DNA of 64,000 nt, from IMG/VR virus record IMGVR_UViG_3300042879_004946, positions 32,001-96,000 of that record. The stretch is one strand, 5' to 3'. Source of the DNA: a virus. A model generated the notes under the pieces. It searched no databases and was not told the origin of the DNA. It saw nothing but the letters and a program-made list of their open reading frames with translations. Positions within the stretch are counted from its first letter, which is position 1. The number at the start of each line of letters is the position of its first letter. A program made the translations under genes and the position numbers. Shown piece by piece: positions 1 through 9,635 of the stretch.

Positions 1-1911
1 AATAAACAAAATGGTACAAGTTTTAGTTTTAATATACCTTCTTTTACAGGAAACACTTCAGCTTCTTGTATAAATGATTTATATGTTAGTAACATTCACG
101 GATGTTCACCAATAACAATTCATGATTCTATTCAAAGTGTTGGTTCTTTCGCAAATGGTTTTCGTAGTTTTGCTTTTGGTGATGATGATAATACAGCTAG
201 TGGTGATTTTTCTTTTGCAATTGGTGAGACTACAATAGCAAGTGGTAATTCTTCACACGCGGAAGGTGTAAGTACAACAGCAATTGGTTATGGTTCTCAT
301 ACAGAAGGCAATAGCACAGAAGCTATTGGTAATTATTCACACGCGGAAGGTGAAGGTACAACATCGAATGGCATATCTTCACACGCGGAAGGTTTTACTA
401 CAACAGCAACTGGTGATTATTCACATGCGGAAGGATCGACAACACTAACCACTGGTGCTTATTCTCACGCAGAGGGTAGGGGTACTAAAACAGAAGGTGA
501 TTATTCACATGCAGAAGGTGAAAATACGATAGCAACCGGTGAAAGATCACACGCGGAAGGTCGTGATACGCGGTCACTTGGTTGGTGGTCACACGCAGAA
601 GGATCTGGGTCTTATACTGGTGTATATGGTTATACAGTCACAAACACAACAAACGGTGTAATCACGTTAGATTCTACCTATGGTAATGTTGTGTCACAGT
701 TTACCGGTATGACTTATGTTATGACTAACGCTTCAGGGATGTATGGTACAATAAGTGGGACACCGACTTTTGATGGTACTAATACAATAGTATATATAAA
801 TGAAACTGATGGTGGAGAAACGATAATAGCACCAATGGAAAATCCACAAGCTGAATCGGCCGACCAAATATTAGGCGGTTATTATTCACATGCGGAAGGT
901 CAAGGCGCAATAGCACGTGGTGACTATTCACATGCGGAAGGAGGGCTTCAATCTTTTTCATCCCCAGGAGGTGGTACAATATTTACAAGAACAGTTGCCA
1001 ATGGATCTTATTCACACGCAGAAGGTATTGCAACTAAAGCTTTAGGTAATAGTTCACATTCACAAGGTATTTTAACAGAGGCTATTGGTACCTATTCATT
1101 TGCGTCAGGAAGTAATTCAAAAGCTTATGGGTTCACTTCCTTCATACACTCAACTGATTCTATCTTAACTAGTGGTGCAACAAATTCGGTTTTATTGGGC
1201 GGTCAAAACATCACGGGTTCATCAAGTAATACTGTTTATGTTCCGAATTTAAATATTAATTACCAACCAAACACACATACAGGTACAACTTCGCAAGTTT
1301 TGGTTAGAGACAGTGTTACAGGTAATGTTGAAGTTAAAAATATTGGAAATGTTTATTATTGTGCTTTATTTATAAATTCTAGTAGTCAACCACCTGCAGG
1401 TATTATACCGTCGGTAACAATAGCTAATGGTGGTATCGCTGATAGAGGTAAAAGAATTACTGGTTTTACACAGATAGTATCAAATGGTGTTGTCTCTAAT
1501 TCAACGGGAGTAGGTAATTATGTGACATCACCACCAAGTTGTAGTTTCGGTACTTTTAATAATAATAGTGGAGTTTTTAGTATAACACAAGCAGGTCTTT
1601 ATCTTATTGAAGGATCGATACATCTTAAATCGGATAATGATTCTTCTGTTTATTGGCAATCAGTTTCGGCAGGTACTTTTGGTTTAGGTATTCACCCGGC
1701 AAATGATACTGATATTTATGCAGGAAATTATATGGCAGTATTACCTAATGTACAATCAGAAATTGATGTAACAGTAAGTACTTTAATATATGCTGACGGT
1801 ATAAATGATTTTGTCTCTCTAAAACATTTAAATTGGACTAATAGAAGTTATAACGGTACAGTTTACACTAGTAGTGATGGCATCAGGTTTTCAATAACAA
1901 AAGTGTATTAA
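1..1911 (+). CDS. Tail fibre/adhesin-like protein, 5'-truncated; YadA/Hep-Hag-like SHAEG repeats and a C-terminal beta-sandwich (C1q/BclA-like)
   Basis: Frame 1 is open from base 1, so the 691 start in the ORF track is internal; many ~14-aa-period (Y/S)SHAEG repeats; rich in Gly, Ser and Thr. Confidence 0.65.
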   Translation, partial: NKQNGTSFSFNIPSFTGNTSASCINDLYVSNIHGCSPITIHDSIQSVGSFANGFRSFAFGDDDNTASGDFSFAIGETTIASGNSSHAEGVSTTAIGYGSHTEGNSTEAIGNYSHAEGEGTTSNGISSHAEGFTTTATGDYSHAEGSTTLTTGAYSHAEGRGTKTEGDYSHAEGENTIATGERSHAEGRDTRSLGWWSHAEGSGSYTGVYGYTVTNTTNGVITLDSTYGNVVSQFTGMTYVMTNASGMYGTISGTPTFDGTNTIVYINETDGGETIIAPMENPQAESADQILGGYYSHAEGQGAIARGDYSHAEGGLQSFSSPGGGTIFTRTVANGSYSHAEGIATKALGNSSHSQGILTEAIGTYSFASGSNSKAYGFTSFIHSTDSILTSGATNSVLLGGQNITGSSSNTVYVPNLNINYQPNTHTGTTSQVLVRDSVTGNVEVKNIGNVYYCALFINSSSQPPAGIIPSVTIANGGIADRGKRITGFTQIVSNGVVSNSTGVGNYVTSPPSCSFGTFNNNSGVFSITQAGLYLIEGSIHLKSDNDSSVYWQSVSAGTFGLGIHPANDTDIYAGNYMAVLPNVQSEIDVTVSTLIYADGINDFVSLKHLNWTNRSYNGTVYTSSDGIRFSITKVY

Positions 1912-3689
1912 TGGACATAAAAAACAACTATTATTTTAAAAATTTTGAAACCATAAATTTGGTTTACAATGAATATTGGGATTTTAATCTTGCGAACGAC
2001 AAAACTGGTGATTTTATTCCTTATGCCATTAATTGTAAAGATAGTTGTGGTCATGTGATTATAACGGATGGTTTGGTTGCATGGTTTGATATTAACAACA
2101 GTGGTACCACAACGTCAAGTTATAGTTTGACTTCTTTAGTAGAATGGTCAGGTTATACCTTGACACCTTCTAGTGGTTTTACCTTAAATGATTGGGGGTT
2201 AACGGGGGTTGATAACGGTAGAACTGATTGTTTATCAGGAAAAACTTTAACTATAACATCAGCAGATACTAGATTAGTTTTATACGCTGTTACTGGTTAT
2301 AGTATTACATATAATTCAGAATCTGGTTGTACAGTTGGCCCTGGAATTTATACCTATCCATATGAAACTCATTATAATGTAGAAGCTTTAGGTGGTTGTC
2401 CCGTTGGTGATACTGTTTGTTTAAACGGTGGTTTTTACCAAGGGTTTTTTAAATTAGATAACGACAAGCCATCACCAATTAACGAATTAAGTGTTGATCC
2501 TTGTTGTCAAAGTGGATATACCTTAACTTCAACTTCTGGATATACAAAATGGCAAGTAATGCCAACAGAATTTCCAAATGGCTGGTCAATGGAGACTTGG
2601 ATTAAATGGGATAACTCTTATTGTTCTTCAGGGAATACATCAGGTCTTACTTTAAATGATAATTTCACAGGAAACACTAATTTCTTTTTTTATATTGGTA
2701 CACGAGCAGAAAATAAATTTTGGAATGATTTTTCAGGTGAAACAGGATATACGACTACCACTGGTATTCCATTACAAAGAACCGCTTCTTTAGAATACGA
2801 GGAAAAAGTAGTAGAACCAAATAGTGGCGTTAGTTGGTTTACCAGAAATACTAGTTGTAGTTGTGGTTGTCAGGTTACTTGTGATGTTTGTGGTACTGTT
2901 ACCACAGGGTATGTTGACCCAAGTTATATTTCAGGTGGTCAAAACTGGTTTTCTCAGGGCAGTAGTCAAATAGCAACTTGTTGTAGCGTTTGTAACACGC
3001 CAGTATTAAATTCGGTAGTTACTGGTTATAGTTATAATTATTGTGACCAGTTATCAGAAAACGCTTTAGGTTTTAGAATTACAAATGATGGTCGAATTGG
3101 TTACCGTAAGATGACAGTTACGGGTGATTGTTATAATAATAAATTTTTAATAACTGGAACCGTTATGGAAGAAGGTTATTCTGACGCAAATATTATGCCA
3201 ACAGGAAACACATGGACGCATGTTGTAGTGACTTATATTGAGGGTGGTTCTAAATATGGTTTGCCGGCAGGTACTTTAACTTTTTGGGTTGATGGTTTGG
3301 CAAAATATAAAGTTTATGATTTTATTGGCTTACAATTACGTGCTTTAAACGAATGGAGTGATAAACAAATAGGTGTACCTTTTAATATGAGTTGGGGTGG
3401 TGGTACACAAGGTCTAACAGAAAGTCAAACATTTGGTGGTCCAGACCCAGCTGATAAAAATTTAGATATTGAAAAATACTTTGCAGGAACTTTTGAAGGT
3501 GAGTTATCACAATTACGTTTTTATGAAAAGGCTTTAAATGTTTTAGAAATTAGAAATAACTTTTTTGTTGATTGTCGAAGATATTGTAAAGACAATACTT
3601 TTGGCGGTGCACAAATTGTACAACCAGGAAACAATAACTGTGGTAGTTGTAAAAGTCCACTACCACCTTATATCATAATACCATGTTGA
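1911..3689 (+). CDS. Cys-rich virion structural protein with a LamG/concanavalin A-like domain
   Basis: WSMETWIK, WTHVVVTY..TFWVDG and FEGELSQLRFYEKAL fit the LamG pattern; coupled to the upstream fibre gene. Confidence 0.55.
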   Translation: MDIKNNYYFKNFETINLVYNEYWDFNLANDKTGDFIPYAINCKDSCGHVIITDGLVAWFDINNSGTTTSSYSLTSLVEWSGYTLTPSSGFTLNDWGLTGVDNGRTDCLSGKTLTITSADTRLVLYAVTGYSITYNSESGCTVGPGIYTYPYETHYNVEALGGCPVGDTVCLNGGFYQGFFKLDNDKPSPINELSVDPCCQSGYTLTSTSGYTKWQVMPTEFPNGWSMETWIKWDNSYCSSGNTSGLTLNDNFTGNTNFFFYIGTRAENKFWNDFSGETGYTTTTGIPLQRTASLEYEEKVVEPNSGVSWFTRNTSCSCGCQVTCDVCGTVTTGYVDPSYISGGQNWFSQGSSQIATCCSVCNTPVLNSVVTGYSYNYCDQLSENALGFRITNDGRIGYRKMTVTGDCYNNKFLITGTVMEEGYSDANIMPTGNTWTHVVVTYIEGGSKYGLPAGTLTFWVDGLAKYKVYDFIGLQLRALNEWSDKQIGVPFNMSWGGGTQGLTESQTFGGPDPADKNLDIEKYFAGTFEGELSQLRFYEKALNVLEIRNNFFVDCRRYCKDNTFGGAQIVQPGNNNCGSCKSPLPPYIIIPC

Positions 3690-3690
3690 T

Positions 3691-3699
3691 GATATTTAT
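3691..3699 (+). promoter_or_regulatory. Putative late promoter GATATTTAT
   Basis: Same motif precedes many structural or leader-bearing genes on both strands. Confidence 0.55.
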
Positions 3700-3707
3700 T
3701 AACTAAG

Positions 3708-4097
3708 ATGGCACAAAATTTTTTCATTCGTAAGAACAGCACACTTCCGGTAGTTAAGTTAAAATTAACTAATGACGGTAGAAGTACCTATCGTCAAATA
3801 TATGACCGTTTAGAAAACGCTGCAATCACCTTCAGTATGATAGATGATAAAGGTAATTATAAAGTTTTTAATAAAGCAGGATTACTTTTACCCGTAGATA
3901 AGGCCCTATGTAAAGAAGATGGTGAATATTATCTAGGTTACCAATTTGACATTAAAGATGTAAACCAGGCAGGTTCTTTTAAAGCGGAATTTAGAGTTGA
4001 TTTTTTAGACAATGGTGAGAGTTTAATTGTTCCAATTAGGGAAGACTTATATATAAATGTATTAGATAGTTTTACAAAAGCTAAAATTGTATGTTAA
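3708..4097 (+). CDS. BppU N-terminal-like baseplate/structural protein
   Basis: Pattern FFIRKNSTLP..TFSM..YQF..AGSFKAEF..LIVP..LYINV; late promoter upstream. Confidence 0.45.
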   Translation: MAQNFFIRKNSTLPVVKLKLTNDGRSTYRQIYDRLENAAITFSMIDDKGNYKVFNKAGLLLPVDKALCKEDGEYYLGYQFDIKDVNQAGSFKAEFRVDFLDNGESLIVPIREDLYINVLDSFTKAKIVC

Positions 4098-4098
4098 A

Positions 4099-4473
4099 AT
4101 GAAAAATCTTATAAGAAAAATATTAAGGGAAGAGTTTGATGATTTTGATTGGGCAGAAGAATTGGTTGGTAACACCAAACAATTTTCACCCGCTGAAGAA
4201 TTTTTGTATGAAATTATGTCCAATTTAAAGGCGGTTCCTTCGGAAAAAAATCCAGGTTGGATGTTATATAAGGATAAAAGCGGGGTTACTTTAATGGCGG
4301 ATAGTGTGGATAGAGATAAAAAAGATCCTTATTTATGGGTTGATTATGATGAAATTTGGTTAAAATTACGTCAAAAATTTGGTCTTAACAATCAGGAAAC
4401 CAAAGACTTATGCGTGCGTATGCTGGAGATGACCCATAAACGAAAGGTATTGACAGCAGCCTTCATCGGCTAA
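4099..4473 (+). CDS. Array-fused small protein, paralog 1 (124 aa; MKNLIRKILREE leader)
   Basis: Highly similar to the ORFs at 40148 and 49537; C-terminal MLEMTHKRKVLTA is encoded by the 36-nt repeat; ATG at 4099 preferred over 4087. Confidence 0.85.
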   Translation: MKNLIRKILREEFDDFDWAEELVGNTKQFSPAEEFLYEIMSNLKAVPSEKNPGWMLYKDKSGVTLMADSVDRDKKDPYLWVDYDEIWLKLRQKFGLNNQETKDLCVRMLEMTHKRKVLTAAFIG

Positions 4474-4520
4474 ACCCTTCGTACAAAGCTGGAGATGACC
4501 CATAAACGAAAGGTATTGAC
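4422..4520 (+). CRISPR. CRISPR-like mini-array 1: repeat (36) - spacer (30) - truncated repeat (33)
   Basis: GCTGGAGATGACCCATAAACGAAAGGTATTGACAGC at 4422-4457; spacer AGCCTTCATCGGCTAAACCCTTCGTACAAA at 4458-4487; identical 33 nt at 4488-4520. Confidence 0.8.
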
Positions 4521-4536
4521 CTGATATTTATAAAAT

Positions 4537-4881
4537 ATGAAAAATCTTATAAAAAAAATATTAAAAGAAGAAATCGCCACCAGCAAGAGTTTTGAAGACT
4601 TTGCTGAAAAAAGATTTAAAGGTGCGGAAAAAATCACCAATAATGCAAAAGAAAAAGGTGGTCCAGCAATGTTAACCTATCACCATTTTAGAGTTAAATT
4701 ACCTTACTATAAAAAAGCAATGGAAGGTAAATTTGATTTGGAAGAATCAAAAAAAGAATTTAAAAAATATCTAGATGAATTATGTGACTTATCTGAAAAC
4801 GTTGAAATGGGACAAGTAGAATTTCAAAAATTAGTTGGTCTTATAGAAGTTTTAGGTGAACTCATAATCAAACAAAAGTAA
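4537..4881 (+). CDS. Hypothetical protein with MKNLIKKILKEE leader
   Basis: 114-aa ORF; GATATTTAT at 4523-4531. Confidence 0.75.
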   Translation: MKNLIKKILKEEIATSKSFEDFAEKRFKGAEKITNNAKEKGGPAMLTYHHFRVKLPYYKKAMEGKFDLEESKKEFKKYLDELCDLSENVEMGQVEFQKLVGLIEVLGELIIKQK

Positions 4882-4912
4882 TTTACTATCTCAAAATATT
4901 TCGTTATCTTTA
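4882..4912 (+). promoter_or_regulatory. Putative early/host-RNAP promoter TTTACT-N17-TATCTTTA
   Basis: Upstream of the DNA polymerase; same architecture at 16240, 31754 and 41103. Confidence 0.45.
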
Positions 4913-4968
4913 TTAAAAATTAATAACGAGTTGGTCTTACTGTACCCGTCCAAAACAGATGAAATATT

Positions 4969-7836
4969 ATGAGCAAAGAAAAAATTTCCCAAGCGACTCC
5001 CGCTGACATTAAAACCTTTTTAGAAGGTCGTGACCCTGAAAAATATATTGTAGGAATAGAATTAGACCAAACAGATGATTGGTCGGTTGATAATTCTAAT
5101 CGTGTTTATCTTATGATTGATGACCCTGAAAAAGGTAAAAAAATTAAAACTCAAAAGTTTATACCTTTTTTATGGACCAAATCTTTAAAAGATACTGGTT
5201 TCTATGGTGATGATGTTGAAAGAATGAAGTATGAGGCAAAAAGACATGGAATTTCTACCGAAAAATTAAGAACCGATGATAATCAACGTTTAGAAGATGG
5301 TTTTAAATATTTGGTTAAAACAACTGGTACTTATCGTGATTTGGTTAACTTTTTTAAAAAAGGTGGTTTAGACCCCTGGAAACGAAAAGACGTTATACAA
5401 ATATTACCACCGATTGAACAATATATGATTCAAACCGGTAAAAGATTGTTTAAAGGTTTTGATGATTATTCTGAAGTTCATAAAGTAGTATTCGATATTG
5501 AGACCACTTCTTTAGAACCAGAAGAAGGTCATATATTTTTGATTGGTATTAAGGATAATCGTGGTTTTAGAAAGATTTTAAGTGCTTACGATGAAAATGG
5601 TGAATGGACGACTGAAGCTGAAAAAGAAATGATTATAAAGTTTTTTGAAACTATTTCTGAACTTAACGCTTCGATTATTACTGGTTATAATTCTGAAAAC
5701 TTTGACTGGCACTATATTTTAGGTAGAATGAAAATATTAGGAATCGTCAATGAATATGTTAGAGTTTCACCCAGAGGTGATAAAACTAAAACTTATACTT
5801 CAGATGGTTTTATTAAAACTAAACATCCTGGAATTCCTTTAACACGTAAAACTGCATCACTTAAATTGGGTGCAGAGTTGGAGCAATATGAACAAACAAA
5901 CATGTGGGGTTATAATATTTTAGACACCTTACATCGTGTTAGACAAGCACAAGCATTAAATTCAAACATTAAAGAAGCGGGTTTGAAATATATTGCAAAA
6001 GAAGCAAAAGTAGAAAGAGGAAATCGTGTTTATGTTGATGGTTTACAATTAGGTAGAATTTGGAATGAAAATAAACAATATTATTATAACCCTACAAGCG
6101 GTCAGTGGCATGGTTTAGAAGAAGATAAACCAGAACCAAAAATGGTGGAAAATAAAAAAGGTGAAATGGTTGTTATTGACGGATATGAAGATAAGTGGGA
6201 TATTGTTGATGGTCGATTTTTAATTACGGAATACTTAACGGATGACTTACTGGAAACCGAACAAGTAGATGATATTTACACCCAAGCAGGGTTTTTAACA
6301 GCATCACTGGTACCAACAACTTTTAGCAGAAGCATTACAATGGGAACCGCGACACTTTGGAAATTATTGATGATGGCGTGGTCGTATGAAAATGGTCTAG
6401 CAATTCCCGATACATTACCAAAAAGAGATTTTACTGGTGGTCTTTCCAGACTTTTACATTTGGGTTATAGTAAAAAAGTTGCAAAATTTGACTACGCATC
6501 ACTTTATCCGTCGATTCAATTAACGCACGAAGTTTTTCCTGATTGTGATATTACGGGTGCTCTAAGAGCTATGTTATTGTACTTATCCGAAACACGTAAT
6601 AAGTATAAAGCTTTGATGAATGAATCAAATGCGGTGGGTGACGTAAAAGCGGCTTCCATGTACGATAAAAAACAATTACCAATTAAGGGTTTAAATAATT
6701 CCGCTTTTGGTTCTATTTCCGCTCCATACATTTTTCCTTGGGGTGATATTGATATCGGTGAGATGATTACTTGTACAGGTAGACAATATCTAAGAACTAT
6801 GATTACTTTTTTCATGGAAAGAGGATACACACCTTTAGTGTTAGATACTGATGGGGTTAATTTTTCTTGTCCTGAAGATGCTGACAACCGAGAATATATT
6901 GGTAATGGTTTACATCGTTTTGTTAAAAAAGGAGTTGTATATAAAGGTATTGATGCCGATGTTGCTGAATATAACGAAAGGTTTATGCACGGTGTTATGG
7001 GTCTTGATATTGATGATATTATGGATGCAACAATTAATTTATCCAGAAAAAATTATGCAATTTTAAAACCTGGTGGAAAAGTTAAATTAACAGGTAATAC
7101 CATTAAGGGAAAAACAATACCTAAATATATTGAAAAGTTTTTAAGTAAAGCAATTAGACTGTTGTTGGATGGTAAAGGTAAGGAGTTTGTTGATTTTTAT
7201 TATGAGTATTTAGAAAAAATTTATAACAAACAAATACCTTTGGTAGATATCGCAAATAAATCAAAAGTTAAAAAAACCATTGAGAGTTATAAAAAAAGAG
7301 GTACCGACAAAAACGGTAGGGAACTATCTAGACAAGCTCACATGGAGTTAATTATTCGTGATGGTATTCACATAAACTTGGGTGATACCATTTATTATAT
7401 TAATAATGGAACTAAAAAATCTCACGCAGATATCACAACCAGTAAAACTAAAAAAGACCCACCAGAAGGTACTCTTAAATTTAATTGTTATTTGATTACC
7501 GAAGACCAGATTAAGAAAAATCCTGATTTAACTGGCGAATATAATGTACCAAAATACATTGATGCTTTTAATAAAAAAGTAGAGCCACTTTTAGTAGTGT
7601 TTCCTTTACATATTCGAGAATCTTTAATTATTGAGAACCCAGAAGACAAACAATATTTCACTTCTAAAGAATTAGAGTTAATTGGTGGTATTGCAACAAA
7701 CCCAGAAGACCAAGATACCTTAGAAGAATTGATGACTATGAGTGAAGGTGAGGTTAATTTTTGGAATAGAAAAGGTGTTTCCGAAACTTATATGATAAAA
7801 GATAGATTTCAAGAAAATAAAGAAATTATTATATAA
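4969..7836 (+). CDS. DNA polymerase family B
   Basis: Exonuclease motifs FDIETT and GYNSENFD; polymerase motifs FDYASLYPS, KGLNNSAFG and LDTDG. Confidence 0.95.
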   Translation: MSKEKISQATPADIKTFLEGRDPEKYIVGIELDQTDDWSVDNSNRVYLMIDDPEKGKKIKTQKFIPFLWTKSLKDTGFYGDDVERMKYEAKRHGISTEKLRTDDNQRLEDGFKYLVKTTGTYRDLVNFFKKGGLDPWKRKDVIQILPPIEQYMIQTGKRLFKGFDDYSEVHKVVFDIETTSLEPEEGHIFLIGIKDNRGFRKILSAYDENGEWTTEAEKEMIIKFFETISELNASIITGYNSENFDWHYILGRMKILGIVNEYVRVSPRGDKTKTYTSDGFIKTKHPGIPLTRKTASLKLGAELEQYEQTNMWGYNILDTLHRVRQAQALNSNIKEAGLKYIAKEAKVERGNRVYVDGLQLGRIWNENKQYYYNPTSGQWHGLEEDKPEPKMVENKKGEMVVIDGYEDKWDIVDGRFLITEYLTDDLLETEQVDDIYTQAGFLTASLVPTTFSRSITMGTATLWKLLMMAWSYENGLAIPDTLPKRDFTGGLSRLLHLGYSKKVAKFDYASLYPSIQLTHEVFPDCDITGALRAMLLYLSETRNKYKALMNESNAVGDVKAASMYDKKQLPIKGLNNSAFGSISAPYIFPWGDIDIGEMITCTGRQYLRTMITFFMERGYTPLVLDTDGVNFSCPEDADNREYIGNGLHRFVKKGVVYKGIDADVAEYNERFMHGVMGLDIDDIMDATINLSRKNYAILKPGGKVKLTGNTIKGKTIPKYIEKFLSKAIRLLLDGKGKEFVDFYYEYLEKIYNKQIPLVDIANKSKVKKTIESYKKRGTDKNGRELSRQAHMELIIRDGIHINLGDTIYYINNGTKKSHADITTSKTKKDPPEGTLKFNCYLITEDQIKKNPDLTGEYNVPKYIDAFNKKVEPLLVVFPLHIRESLIIENPEDKQYFTSKELELIGGIATNPEDQDTLEELMTMSEGEVNFWNRKGVSETYMIKDRFQENKEIII

Positions 7837-7871
7837 TTATATAAATTAATTTTTATGGATATTTATAAATT

Positions 7872-8135
7872 ATGATGTTAGATTTACAAGAATTTGTTAC
7901 TTACGATATAGCTTTAAAATTAAAAAAATTAGGGTATTCAACCCCTTTGACTACTTATTATAACATCTACAACAAACATGTTTTCTTTTCTAATAACGGA
8001 ATTCATAATGAAGCTATTTGGGCACCTAATTACAAACAAACTTTAGATTGGTTAACAATAGTTTTTGGTTTAAAAATTAAGCCAACAAAAGAATATATTA
8101 TTAAAGCGGTCAATGAATTAAGTGAAAAATTATAA
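7872..8135 (+). CDS. Hypothetical protein
   Basis: 87-aa ORF (FVTYDIALKLKKLGY..APNYKQTLDWL); late motif at 7858. Confidence 0.65.
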   Translation: MMLDLQEFVTYDIALKLKKLGYSTPLTTYYNIYNKHVFFSNNGIHNEAIWAPNYKQTLDWLTIVFGLKIKPTKEYIIKAVNELSEKL

Positions 8136-8176
8136 AATAAATCGTTTTTCTATGATATTTATAAAGAAAAGAAAAA

Positions 8177-8779
8177 ATGATAAATTTTGTAAACGAATTC
8201 ATTTATTTTGATGGTAAAAGAATACCCAATAGAGATGATGTGAAATCGGCTTCTAACAGCACCACAGATCCAATATTTAACCCTGAAGATGGTGAACAAT
8301 TAAAAAATGCAACAGCCCAACAACGTCAACAAGGGTATCGAGGGTATTATTCATTGGTACCGATGCCAGCCGTTAAAACACCTTTAGCTGATGATAGTTA
8401 TCCGACAATGGTTTCCTATATGGATGATGAGAAAAATATTAGGAATTTTAATAAAAACAAATTAAAAAACTTTAAAGCCAAAAGAAGAATTAAAGAAGTC
8501 GCAAAAAATAAAATAGACAATATGATTGAAGATATTGTTAATAAAAAAATAGCGAAAGATATTTTAAATGTTAGAAAAAACGGCATTCCAGATATTGATG
8601 TTGTTAGTGAAGAAAACCCGATTTTAGTTAGGAAATTAAAAAATTTAGTTGATATTGTTGATTTGAACCAGGCGACAGGTGAACAAAAAGGCGTTATTTT
8701 AAATTTTTTAATCAATAACATCGGCACTGTTGATATTCCTGTAGAATATAAAGAAGAAATTGTAAAAAAATTAAAATAA
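8177..8779 (+). CDS. Hypothetical protein (late operon)
   Basis: 200-aa ORF; GATATTTAT at 8154-8162. Confidence 0.75.
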   Translation: MINFVNEFIYFDGKRIPNRDDVKSASNSTTDPIFNPEDGEQLKNATAQQRQQGYRGYYSLVPMPAVKTPLADDSYPTMVSYMDDEKNIRNFNKNKLKNFKAKRRIKEVAKNKIDNMIEDIVNKKIAKDILNVRKNGIPDIDVVSEENPILVRKLKNLVDIVDLNQATGEQKGVILNFLINNIGTVDIPVEYKEEIVKKLK

Positions 8780-9316
8780 ATGGCAAATTCACAGTTACAA
8801 GGGCATTATTGGGATTTACCTGAAGAATTACAAAATCATTTAAAAAGAATTATGCGAGCCTATAAAGGCGAGGAAAACGTAGAAGGATATCAAAGGTTAA
8901 AAAATTTAATTTCAAATTCAAAAATCAGTTATGAAGAATTAAAAAGAATTAAAAATTTTTTCGATACACAACCACATAATACTGATTATATGGATGATAA
9001 AAAACAAACAACACCTTTTATTTTAAATGGTGGTTTAAAAATGAAAAGTTGGGTAAATAGCACCTTAAATAACGCTAGAAGTTCTATAAACGCAAACAAA
9101 AAAATAAAAACAAATACTGGTATGGTTGGTAGTCATTATAAAAATGATGACATGTCGTTTAACACAAAGGTAAAAACCGACGATGTTAAAATTAAAACCT
9201 CACACCAAAAAAGTATTTCTGAATCTCAACATATTTATGAGATAGAAAAGATGGAAAACATCATAAATATTTTTAATAAAAACAAAGAATTATGCCACAA
9301 ATCGCACCAATCCTAA
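8780..9316 (+). CDS. Hypothetical protein
   Basis: 178-aa ORF abutting the previous gene. Confidence 0.75.
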   Translation: MANSQLQGHYWDLPEELQNHLKRIMRAYKGEENVEGYQRLKNLISNSKISYEELKRIKNFFDTQPHNTDYMDDKKQTTPFILNGGLKMKSWVNSTLNNARSSINANKKIKTNTGMVGSHYKNDDMSFNTKVKTDDVKIKTSHQKSISESQHIYEIEKMENIINIFNKNKELCHKSHQS

Positions 9317-9633
9317 CAGATGCAGCTAGTGTTCAAAGCTTTGGACCTGGTGGTATTTTAAATCAATTACCTGGTTTAAAACAAACAGCAGACGCTGAAA
9401 GATTAACATTAACCACAATAAATGAATATAAAAATTTAGCGGGTAACCAATATGGGTCGACACACCCAAATGCTTTAAGTGATAACGACGAAAAAGGTCG
9501 TGGTGACGCAAATAACCAAGTAGGTACCATTATTGATATTCAAACGCAACAATTTTTAACATATAGTTCTGGTAACAAATACGAACCAGGAGCGGGTTAC
9601 AACAACTTTAACTATCCACAACAATATTGGTAA
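9292..9633 (+). CDS. Hypothetical (probably virion) protein
   Basis: 113-aa ORF overlapping the previous gene. Confidence 0.7.
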   Translation: MPQIAPILTDAASVQSFGPGGILNQLPGLKQTADAERLTLTTINEYKNLAGNQYGSTHPNALSDNDEKGRGDANNQVGTIIDIQTQQFLTYSSGNKYEPGAGYNNFNYPQQYW

Positions 9634-9635
9634 TA

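Noticed and set aside
4460-4471. Spacer 1 core CCTTCATCGGCT resembles the antisense of the 23S rRNA 5' region
   Set aside because: About 12 nt recalled from memory and the flanks do not continue; needs a real search
4422-4520. Diversity-generating retroelement TR/VR pair
   Set aside because: No reverse transcriptase in the window; the variable parts are wholly unrelated fixed-length segments, not adenine-specific substitutions
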